53,274 nt of DNA from the IMG/VR virus record IMGVR_UViG_3300011437_000003, positions 1 to 53,274 of that record; one strand, written 5' to 3'. How positions within the stretch are numbered: position 1 is the stretch's first letter; each line of letters opens with the position of its first letter. Of the stretch, positions 45,501-53,274 are shown one piece after another. This DNA comes from a virus (taxonomy: Duplodnaviria > Caudoviricetes). A program made the position numbers and the translations under genes. The notes beneath the pieces were generated by a model. It saw only the letters and a list, made by a program, of their open reading frames with translations. It was not told the origin of the DNA and did not search any database.

Positions 45501-45709
45501 GGACGCCCCTACTCTCCGAAGCGGTCGTTCTTACGCTCCTTGAACCGTCCCTGAAGTGGGTAGCGGTGCAACGCTCCCTGAAGCCGCGTTGGCCCCCATC
45601 AGCACGCACCGTGGAAAAGCTCACCGAACAATTCCATCGCGGTGAGTACGACAAGGTAGTCAAAACCTACGTGGACTGGCTCATGCACCCGGACCCGTCG
45701 GACACGTAG
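45497..45709 (+). CDS. Hypothetical protein
   Basis: 70 aa, coupled. Confidence 0.45.
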   Translation: MRTPLLSEAVVLTLLEPSLKWVAVQRSLKPRWPPSARTVEKLTEQFHRGEYDKVVKTYVDWLMHPDPSDT

Positions 45710-45721
45710 GCCGCCTCGCGC

Positions 45722-46969
45722 GTGTCCGAACGCTTCCTCGCCGAGCCCCGCAGCCTCATCGACTGCTATCTCTACGCTTGCGGGGACTCCGAGGTCCCCC
45801 CGCAATACCACCTCTGGAGCTTCATCAGCCTGCTCGCCGCTTCCGTCGCTGACCGCGTCTGGACGGTGAAGTTCGGCCGTCTCCTCCCGAACCTCTACGT
45901 CGCGCTGCTCGGCCCCTCGGCCAACGGCAAAGACACCGCCATCGACGCGATGATGGATCTTGCCTCGCAGCACCCGAAGCTCGGGGCGATCAACTTCCGG
46001 AGCACCGCCCCCGCTCTCATCCAGTACATGTCCCGGCAACGTCAGTCCGAGAACGGCGTCACCTACGGAAACTCCCGTCTCCACATTGTAATGCCAGAGA
46101 TTTCCATGTCCCTCCGCAAAGGCGACGTCGCCGACGATTTCGTAAAGGTGATGACGGCGCTCTATGGCGGGAAGCCCTACGCGCTGACCGATATGACCAT
46201 CGGTCGCGGGTCGCAAACGCTCCGTGACTACACACTCAACTGGATCTTCGGCTCGGTCCTGGAATGGCTCCTCGACGTGATCCCGCACACCGCGATCTCC
46301 GGCGGGACATTCGGCCGGATTGTCGGCGTCCACTACGGCTACGATCACACGAAGCGGTTCTACGTACCGACGTGGCCCGGGGACCGCGACGAAGTCATCG
46401 ACCACATCCACAAACGCCTCGACGATCTCGCCGAACTCGAAGGCCCGTTCATCGTCACCCGGCGGGCGGACATGCAGCTCCGCCAGTGGTATGACGAACG
46501 CCAAGTCCCCGACGATGAATCTCTCATCCCGGCGTGGAAACGCCAGCACGACCTCATCCTCAAGCTCTCAATGCTGCTGTCGCTGAGCGACGGCCTCGAC
46601 CTGACGATCCGGGACACCCATGTCCACAAGGCGCAACAACTTAGCGAAGCGGTGATCCGCCGGCTCGCTGACATCCAGGCTGCCGCCTCGACCTCTCGCG
46701 ACACGCAAGGAATCGTCTTCGTCCGCCAGGTGATGAAGTCAATGAAACGTCCGATGATGCGCACCGAGCTGATGAAGCGGCTTATCAACAAGGGGATCGG
46801 CGGGGCGACCGCCCTCGACGAGATCATGAATTCGCTGGTCGGAGGCGGGGAGGTTGAACAGATGCGGGTCGGACGTGGAGCGGTCTACGAATACAAAGGC
46901 CGGCGGAAGATGCCGAAGTCGAGCGGGAACGGGGCGGGGCCGGACGAAACCCCGACCGAAGAGAACTGA
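45722..46969 (+). CDS. P-loop helicase-like protein (DUF3987 type) with C-terminal winged helix
   Basis: SEVP..YHLW, PNLYVALLGPSANGKDT (Walker A), GGTFGR (Arg finger-like). Confidence 0.75.
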   Translation: MSERFLAEPRSLIDCYLYACGDSEVPPQYHLWSFISLLAASVADRVWTVKFGRLLPNLYVALLGPSANGKDTAIDAMMDLASQHPKLGAINFRSTAPALIQYMSRQRQSENGVTYGNSRLHIVMPEISMSLRKGDVADDFVKVMTALYGGKPYALTDMTIGRGSQTLRDYTLNWIFGSVLEWLLDVIPHTAISGGTFGRIVGVHYGYDHTKRFYVPTWPGDRDEVIDHIHKRLDDLAELEGPFIVTRRADMQLRQWYDERQVPDDESLIPAWKRQHDLILKLSMLLSLSDGLDLTIRDTHVHKAQQLSEAVIRRLADIQAAASTSRDTQGIVFVRQVMKSMKRPMMRTELMKRLINKGIGGATALDEIMNSLVGGGEVEQMRVGRGAVYEYKGRRKMPKSSGNGAGPDETPTEEN

Positions 46970-46978
46970 CCGCCGAAG

Positions 46979-48535
46979 CTATCTCATCTCTTCACGAACC
47001 GATGGCACCGACCCGACGCCCACAGCACGCCCGACACCGCTGACCACGCCGGGCACCCGTGACGTCGGTGTGATCTTCTCCTGCTGGCCCGGCGGAAGCT
47101 GTAGTTTCTCTTTCCCTTTGACGCCGGTGTGGATTGGGGTCCCGGGAATATGCACGCCGATGTAGCGTCCCGCCTTCGTCGTGGGCCCGGTCCCGAGTTC
47201 ATCCCCTCCAGTAAAGAACCGATGAACAGCCGGGAATTCTTGTGGCGGGACTTCGCCGAGGTTGTCCATCAACCACTTGTGGAACTTCACGAGGTCGATG
47301 GTCCCGCCGCCCTCGCGCATCCGTGGGAAGAGTTCCTCGCCGCCGGACTCCAAGAGGTCCCGGAACCGCATGAACTTGGAGTAGTCCTCACGGAGCCCGG
47401 TGTACTCCTGCTGAAGCGCCGTCGGGGTCACGCCGTTGATCGCATCCTGCGTCTCTTCAGCGAACTGCCTTGGAGTACGCCCCGGCAACGCCTCGCCCTT
47501 CTTCAACCCCTGCGACCGGAACTGTTTCGCAATCTCGATCGCGGTCTTGACTGGGACTTCGGCGCTGTCCCCGAGCACGGTCGGAAGTCCGTTCGCTTCC
47601 AACGCGCGCACCACCTTCGGGTCGTCCACGGGAACACCGAGTTGTTGTGCGATCGACTGTGCGACCTTCATCGACTCCGGGGCCGGGGCCCGCTTCACGA
47701 GGTTGCTCCGCCCTGCCGCCGCAAGCACAGCCGCCGGCAACGTTACCGGACCTGCCGTCGCGGCGATCCGGCCCTCAACTGAGTCGAACATCCCGCCGAG
47801 CACCTTCCTCCCGCCCTCTTCCGTCCGCAATAGCTGGACGTCCGGGAGCCGCTTCACCGTCCCGCGAAGCGACGGAATGTCATCAACGACCGCGCTCACG
47901 AGTTCGGGGCCGAGGATGTTGCGGATGCTCCGCTGCTGCCCCACGTCGTTGAGCCCGCGACTGCGCTTGAGCCAAGCTCCGACGGCGGAGCCAGCGCCGC
48001 CAAGCAGCCCACTGACGCTCCCGCTGACCGCCCCAGTCAACGCGGCGTTCCCTGCGTCACCGCCAGAGACCCCGGTAGCCGCAGCGCCGGCCGCAGCCGG
48101 AAGCCCCACCTCGGTAGCCGCACGTGTCGCGACCTTGCCGGCCGTGCCCATTCCCCGCGACGCAGCTCCAGCGAGGCGGCCCGCCCCGCCACTCGCAAGC
48201 TGCATGACCACTTCTTCGATCGAGCCCGGGAGCAACGCCTGTCCCGCCGTCTGGAGTGCCGTCCCGGTCGTGCCAGGGTTCCGAATATCTCCTTGCATCG
48301 CAGCGCCGGCCTGCGCTGGAGACGTCTCCCCGACCATCCACTGTTTCACACGGCCGACGATGTCGGGAGCCTTTGGTGCGGTACGCCCCGACGTAGACGC
48401 CGCCTGCGACGCCTGCTGGTTGTACGTGTTGACCGCGTTGAGCTTCGCGGCGGCTTCGTCTGCCCCGCGTCCTTCGAGCGCAACGCCGCCAGGTCCCTCG
48501 AACCGCCACACACCGGGCGCGATCTGCTGGGCCAT
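46979..48535 (-). CDS. Internal virion/ejection protein
   Basis: 518 aa, Gly/Ala-rich hydrophobic segment; last gene of the late operon. Confidence 0.6.
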   Translation of the reverse strand: MAQQIAPGVWRFEGPGGVALEGRGADEAAAKLNAVNTYNQQASQAASTSGRTAPKAPDIVGRVKQWMVGETSPAQAGAAMQGDIRNPGTTGTALQTAGQALLPGSIEEVVMQLASGGAGRLAGAASRGMGTAGKVATRAATEVGLPAAAGAAATGVSGGDAGNAALTGAVSGSVSGLLGGAGSAVGAWLKRSRGLNDVGQQRSIRNILGPELVSAVVDDIPSLRGTVKRLPDVQLLRTEEGGRKVLGGMFDSVEGRIAATAGPVTLPAAVLAAAGRSNLVKRAPAPESMKVAQSIAQQLGVPVDDPKVVRALEANGLPTVLGDSAEVPVKTAIEIAKQFRSQGLKKGEALPGRTPRQFAEETQDAINGVTPTALQQEYTGLREDYSKFMRFRDLLESGGEELFPRMREGGGTIDLVKFHKWLMDNLGEVPPQEFPAVHRFFTGGDELGTGPTTKAGRYIGVHIPGTPIHTGVKGKEKLQLPPGQQEKITPTSRVPGVVSGVGRAVGVGSVPSVREEMR

Positions 48536-50205
48536 TACTTGAGATCCTCAACGCCGATCACCGCCGGCAACGCGCCATTTCCGAGTCCTTCCCCGAGAGT
48601 CGACTTCAGCACGTCGAGGTCTCCCTTCGTGAACGCCTCGACGATCTGCGGCGGAACACCAACCCCGCGGGCCGCAGCCGCGTTCTTCTGGACCGTCGCC
48701 GCGTTCGTTCGCAGAAGATCCGCTGTCAGACGACGGCTGTTCGTGATGAGATCCCGGGCCATCTTCCCGGTCACCTTCGTCGGGTCTGCCTGTACGTCCC
48801 GCCACTGCTGTTCTATCTGGTTGGCGATCCGACCTTGCTCCCCGGCGAGCTGCCGGGCCTCGATCGACTGGAGCAGCGTGATGTTCTGTTGGATCTTGGC
48901 GATCTTACGACCGCGCTCGGTCTGCATGAACCGAGCAGCCTGCGCGACCAGGGTCCCGAGGACCGCCGTGCTCGGAAACGCATCCATGTTCTCTTCGATG
49001 CTTTTCAACGCTGCCTGAATGCGGTCAGCGGTGTTCTTCACCTTCGCGATGTTGTCACCCTCTTTGACAAGGGTCTTGATACTCCCGGTCATTGCGGCAC
49101 GCTTTGGCAGTTCGGTCGACTGGATCGCCGCGAGGTTCCCCGCGATCGTGGCGGCCCGATCTTTCAGAGCGGTCTCGCGAGCCGCGACTGCGGCGCCGGC
49201 ATCCCGGCGGGTCTTCGGGTCCACCGGCTGGTTCGTCATCGGGTTGTTCCCAGTCGTCGCGATATACCGGGCTGTCTCGGGGTCTGCGAGGTTCACTTGC
49301 TTCCCGGTCGTCAGCTCTCGTTGCTTCGTGATATGCGATCCGAGCGTTGAGACGATCTCTTTCAGCCCGCCGCCAGTCGCGACCGCAAGTGCCTGTTCTT
49401 GAAGCTGGAGCTTCTTCGCCGGATCACCTTCAGCCGCGGACTGCTCCATCAAAGACTGAATCCGCTGACGCGCGTCCTGCTCCTGTGTAAACAGGACTTG
49501 CTCACGCACGGACTTTACGCTCGCTTCGGCGCGGGCCTCGGTCTCGCGAGCTTCGCGGCTCTTGTCGATTCCGAGCCGTTCCTGTTCCAGGCCGAAACGC
49601 CCTTGTTCAATCCCGAAACGCCCTTGCTCCAAGCCGAGACGTTCCCGACCCTGTCGCATGCTCTCAACGTCCATTGGCGTGACCGCGCCTTGCTGACGCG
49701 AAAGCGTTGTGTTGCCGAGTTTGACGGACGCAGACTTTGAGTCGCGTACCGACGGCAACGGCGGAACTGTCGTCGTTGGAGCTTCGGTTTCTGGAACCGC
49801 CATTGGCGCTTGTGGCGGCTGAGCTGCACCCGATCGAGCAACGAGCGAAGCTGCGAACGGATCGCCAGGAGCTTGTGGTCCAGGCTGAGGCATCGGGACG
49901 CCGTTGACTCCAGACGTAGACTGAGCCGGCTCGTCCGCCATGAATCGTTGTGCTGCGGAGAGTTCATCCTGCTGCCGTATCCGGTTGGACTCCGCGAGCA
50001 TGTTGAGGGCAGGGCCCATGTCCTTTGAGAAATACTTGTTCACTGCTTCGGTCGGGAGCGCCGTTCCCTTCATCACGGAATCTAGAAGGATCTTCTGCAT
50101 CGTCTCGCGCTCGGCGGTGGCCTGCTGCTGCTGACGCTGGAGCGCGCCGAGCCCACCGCCCACGGCCAGCGACGCAAGCGCCCCGAGGATGAACGGAATC
50201 GGCAT
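48535..50205 (-). CDS. Internal virion/ejection protein
   Basis: Hydrophobic N-terminus, Q-rich coiled coil, LEQGRFG heptad repeats. Confidence 0.6.
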   Translation of the reverse strand: MPIPFILGALASLAVGGGLGALQRQQQQATAERETMQKILLDSVMKGTALPTEAVNKYFSKDMGPALNMLAESNRIRQQDELSAAQRFMADEPAQSTSGVNGVPMPQPGPQAPGDPFAASLVARSGAAQPPQAPMAVPETEAPTTTVPPLPSVRDSKSASVKLGNTTLSRQQGAVTPMDVESMRQGRERLGLEQGRFGIEQGRFGLEQERLGIDKSREARETEARAEASVKSVREQVLFTQEQDARQRIQSLMEQSAAEGDPAKKLQLQEQALAVATGGGLKEIVSTLGSHITKQRELTTGKQVNLADPETARYIATTGNNPMTNQPVDPKTRRDAGAAVAARETALKDRAATIAGNLAAIQSTELPKRAAMTGSIKTLVKEGDNIAKVKNTADRIQAALKSIEENMDAFPSTAVLGTLVAQAARFMQTERGRKIAKIQQNITLLQSIEARQLAGEQGRIANQIEQQWRDVQADPTKVTGKMARDLITNSRRLTADLLRTNAATVQKNAAAARGVGVPPQIVEAFTKGDLDVLKSTLGEGLGNGALPAVIGVEDLK

Positions 50206-50555
50206 CAGCGCGTCCCTCCGAGATTCCCGAACAACGCCGTTGAAGAACCCCCATTACCGCCGGACTTAGGCTTCGTCCCCGACAGCGACGCAAGGAACTG
50301 CTGCACCACACCGAAGTCCATAGGAGCCGCCGACGTTCCGGTCGCTGGGCTCGGCGCAGGCGGCGAGACGATCTTTGAGCCCCCGGGAGTAAAGCCCGCG
50401 ACACCTTGCGCGATCTGTTTTAGCAGCGCGTTCCAGTCGGTACCGCCACCCTTCCCGGCAGTCATCTCCGGCGGCGTGTTGGCGCTGGCGCCGGGACCTC
50501 CTCCCTCGCTGAGGGTCATTCCCTCTTTGCCCATGCCGCCGTAGATATCGATCAC
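50205..50555 (-). CDS. Small Gly-rich ejection-type protein
   Basis: GTG start coupled to the upstream stop. Confidence 0.5.
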   Translation of the reverse strand: MIDIYGGMGKEGMTLSEGGGPGASANTPPEMTAGKGGGTDWNALLKQIAQGVAGFTPGGSKIVSPPAPSPATGTSAAPMDFGVVQQFLASLSGTKPKSGGNGGSSTALFGNLGGTR

Positions 50556-51262
50556 GCTCGGCGCTCCCACGCGACCGCCAGATCGAACAGCGGCCGTAGC
50601 GCCGGAACCCACCACGTTGCCGCCACCCGCTCACCGTACCGAAGGTAAACCCGACGGAGCCACACCGGCCCACGCCGTAGCATCCACCACCGCGCGAGTA
50701 GGGCCTTCGAGGATCGTCGGCCGTACAGGCGCCGGGCGACCCAGCACGCAGCCGACGCCGACGCCGCCGCTTTCATCATCCCGGTGAACAGGTCGGTTTG
50801 CTGCTGTCCCTTCGAGACGTCCCGATACGCCTGGGTGTTCGAGAGAGACCCGGCACCAGAAATCATCGCGCCGACCGGGGCCATCGCGTAGCTCGGCGCT
50901 GCTCCGATGAATCCTTGTGCCACTGACGACGGGATCATCGACGTCGCCATCTCGCCTTGCTGGCGTCCGCCTGCGAGGATCTGTTGCCCGAATGGCGTCC
51001 GTGAGAGCCCGCTTGCCGCGAGGTCTCCGGTCGTCGCCCGCTGGGCGTTCGAGGTGGCCCGGCGGCTCTCCGACTGCATCGCCGAGATGAGCGGGATCTG
51101 CGCGCCGATCCCTCCGGTGTTCAACGCCTCCTGGAACTGGCTTGAGAGGGTCTGACGGATCGGCATGGTCTCCGCGGAGAGCGCCGAGATGGTGCTGCCG
51201 AGCATGTCCTGGCCGTTGGGCCCGCTGTTGCCGCCCTTTCCACCGCCACCGCCCATGCTCAT
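50552..51262 (-). CDS. Ejection/pilot protein with C-terminal CWVAR..YG domain
   Basis: MSMGGGGGKGG N-terminus; CWVARRLYG...W...Y..YGERVA tail. Confidence 0.6.
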   Translation of the reverse strand: MSMGGGGGKGGNSGPNGQDMLGSTISALSAETMPIRQTLSSQFQEALNTGGIGAQIPLISAMQSESRRATSNAQRATTGDLAASGLSRTPFGQQILAGGRQQGEMATSMIPSSVAQGFIGAAPSYAMAPVGAMISGAGSLSNTQAYRDVSKGQQQTDLFTGMMKAAASASAACWVARRLYGRRSSKALLARWWMLRRGPVWLRRVYLRYGERVAATWWVPALRPLFDLAVAWERRA

Positions 51263-51801
51263 CGTACCGCCTCCATCGCAACGGCCATCTCGACGCAGGG
51301 CCGTCGGTGTCGCCGCAACGTCTCTGCAAACCGCTCCCGGGTCAGCTCGACGATCCAGGCGGGGTCCCCATCCCACAACCCCGCGACGCGGCTAAGGATA
51401 GTGTAGCCAAGGCGCCGATGCGGACGAAGAAGTTTTTCTTGCTTCGTGATCCCAAAGATCACCGGAACCTGCGTGAAGTACCACGCATACGTATCGAGGG
51501 TCAGCGCCAACGCTTCGTGACTTCGGCGGCGGCCTCGGCGAATCCATAACCCCGTGAACAACCCGCTGAGGACCGGCTCGGCCCACATGGCGAACCAGAT
51601 TCCTGCGGCGTCGCGATCGTATACGAGCACCTTCGGGCGCCCAATGATCCGGTAAAGCGCGCCAATCGTCTGCGAATCCCGGGTGAAAAGTGCCGGAAGG
51701 TCCCCGTCCTGGGACATCCGCAACCACCATTGCGCCACGAGGATGTCGTCGTCCGCGGAGCCGATGTACAGCCGGGTCCCGTTCGTGTGTTCAGGCGTCA
51801 C
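51259..51801 (-). CDS. GNAT-fold protein (positional equivalent of T7 gp13)
   Basis: LWI...RR, HRRLGY motifs; located between nozzle and ejection genes. Confidence 0.55.
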   Translation of the reverse strand: MTPEHTNGTRLYIGSADDDILVAQWWLRMSQDGDLPALFTRDSQTIGALYRIIGRPKVLVYDRDAAGIWFAMWAEPVLSGLFTGLWIRRGRRRSHEALALTLDTYAWYFTQVPVIFGITKQEKLLRPHRRLGYTILSRVAGLWDGDPAWIVELTRERFAETLRRHRRPCVEMAVAMEAVR

Positions 51802-53274
51802 TTGAGGGCCTCCGCTGGTAGGGGAACGTAGACGTCCGCCTCGACGCCGAACACCGTTACGCTCGCCGCGAGGGACCCGGCGAGCCGCACGCTCCACACG
51901 TGCCCCCACTTCCCGACAGCCAGCTCGATCGGCGGATCCGGGCGCACCGAGGTGGCGAACTGCGGCAACACGTATGTCGCTCCGTCCACGAGCAGCGTCG
52001 GGGTGAGCCACTGTCCGCCGCTGTCCACGTCGAAGTACAGTCGCTGCACGAGCCCCCGCACCGACACGTCAAACCGTACGCCCGGCGTCTCCACTTCGAA
52101 CGCGATGGCGGCTCCGTTGTCCGTAAGGACGCCGGGGACCTCCGGAATGAACACGCCCTCATTGGACCCCGCCACCAGCACCTTCGTATCTGGCTCAAAA
52201 TACAATGCCGAAATCCGTTGCTTCGTGTACCGCCACGCCCCGCTCGCCACGTCAAGAATCAACGTGGTGGATTCGTCACTGAACCAGACTTCGCGGCCGG
52301 TGTACTCCGCGATATCCGCAACGAACGGCGGGATGTCTTCGAGGGCCTCGCCGGTCAACAGGCGCCCGATCGCCTCGAAGCCGACGAGCTTGCTGTCGGT
52401 CCCGGCGAACATCCGAATCCCGTCATACGACTGGTACGCGATGCCGAACGGGGTCGGGACGATAGAGAACGGGCGGTCGCTGCCCGGCGCCCCAAACACC
52501 TCCCGCCACGTGAACGGCTCCGTGAACCCGAGCACCTGAATCACGTGTCCGTTCGTCCAACCGTACAAGGACCCGCCCCACGAGACGAGCTTGACCACTG
52601 GGTCGTCGCCGTTGTTCACTTCGATGAATCCGGCGAGCGATTCGGGGCGCCCTCGCGGTGAGTAGTAGATTCGGCCTTCCTCACCGGAGGCGGAGATCCG
52701 AGTCCAGAACATCCGCCCGGCGTACGGGCCGACTGCGTCCGCGAAGTCCCCGCGGGGCGGCGCGTTGTCCAGCGGCAGCTCTTCGGACTGAAGGTCAGCG
52801 TCCGGGGCGTTGTCCGCGTATGTCGTCGCAGTGTTGTTCGCGATCTCCGCCAGCTTGAACAGGGTCGTGAGGTTGGCGAAGGTGCGCCAAATCTCCCGGG
52901 TATCGACCTGCGGGTCATTCGAGGTCGGGACCGACGTGAGATTCACCGACTGCGTCGCGGGCGAGACGGTCGCCGGCCCGGTGAACGCGGCGGGGTTCGG
53001 GTTGCTCCGGGCGCCGGTCACCGAGTTCTTGAATGTCACCGCGTACATGTACGTGCCGTTGAGGACTCCGGCCCCGCCGACCGTTGCGATCGGGTCGATC
53101 CCAGGCGCGTCGATTCCCCACTTCGTGACGGTGCCGTCCGTCGCCACCTTCACGAGCGTCCCGCCTCCGGCGACGAACAGGTAGTCTTCGCGGCCCGCAG
53201 TCGGCGGCATCCGAGCGAACGTCAGCCGCTCCCCGTCGAAGCCGCCCTGGAGCGCTACGCCATCGCGGTAGAGG
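51798..53274 (-). CDS. Tail nozzle/stabilisation protein, 3' part (5' end at 338 across the junction)
   Basis: YAGRMFW, RIYYS...PES beta-propeller-type motifs. Confidence 0.75.
   Translation of the reverse strand, partial: LYRDGVALQGGFDGERLTFARMPPTAGREDYLFVAGGGTLVKVATDGTVTKWGIDAPGIDPIATVGGAGVLNGTYMYAVTFKNSVTGARSNPNPAAFTGPATVSPATQSVNLTSVPTSNDPQVDTREIWRTFANLTTLFKLAEIANNTATTYADNAPDADLQSEELPLDNAPPRGDFADAVGPYAGRMFWTRISASGEEGRIYYSPRGRPESLAGFIEVNNGDDPVVKLVSWGGSLYGWTNGHVIQVLGFTEPFTWREVFGAPGSDRPFSIVPTPFGIAYQSYDGIRMFAGTDSKLVGFEAIGRLLTGEALEDIPPFVADIAEYTGREVWFSDESTTLILDVASGAWRYTKQRISALYFEPDTKVLVAGSNEGVFIPEVPGVLTDNGAAIAFEVETPGVRFDVSVRGLVQRLYFDVDSGGQWLTPTLLVDGATYVLPQFATSVRPDPPIELAVGKWGHVWSVRLAGSLAASVTVFGVEADVYVPLPAEALK
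53152..53274. repeat. Terminal direct repeat / circular assembly overlap, copy 2
   Basis: Identical to 1-123. Confidence 0.97.

Noticed and set aside
7043-46969. Stop-codon reassignment
   Set aside because: Core genes are intact in the standard code, TAG, TGA and TAA all end genes, and no suppressor tRNA is present

Overview
The window is an apparently complete, high-GC, tailed dsDNA phage genome. Bases 1-123 are identical to 53152-53274, so the unit genome is about 53,151 bp and was assembled as a circle. The layout is podovirus-like: no tape measure, sheath, integrase or RNA polymerase was recognised. The minus strand (about 27.5 kb down to 1, continuing 53274 down to 46979) carries a small-RNA/tRNA operon, TerS, a large terminase split into separate ATPase and nuclease genes with Zn-ribbon micro-ORFs between them, a membrane/lipoprotein cluster, tail fibres/spikes, portal, scaffold, major capsid protein, adaptors, a tail nozzle gene spanning the junction, and ejection proteins. 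The plus strand (28188-46969) carries sigma70-driven early hypothetical genes, a Cas4/RecB-like exonuclease, a RecT-like annealing protein, an SSB-like protein, a UDG-PolA fusion (His at the E. coli 762 position) and a DUF3987-like helicase. Three things stand out. (1) The two largest tail-spike/fibre proteins have Sec-type signal peptides and many closely paired cysteines, alongside several small exported proteins/lipoproteins and no recognisable endolysin, which suggests receptor-binding fibres that mature outside the cytoplasm. (2) The terminase is split. (3) A 208-nt tRNA-mimic-like RNA sits in a structured ncRNA operon. All functional calls come from motif reading and synteny; no database searches were run.
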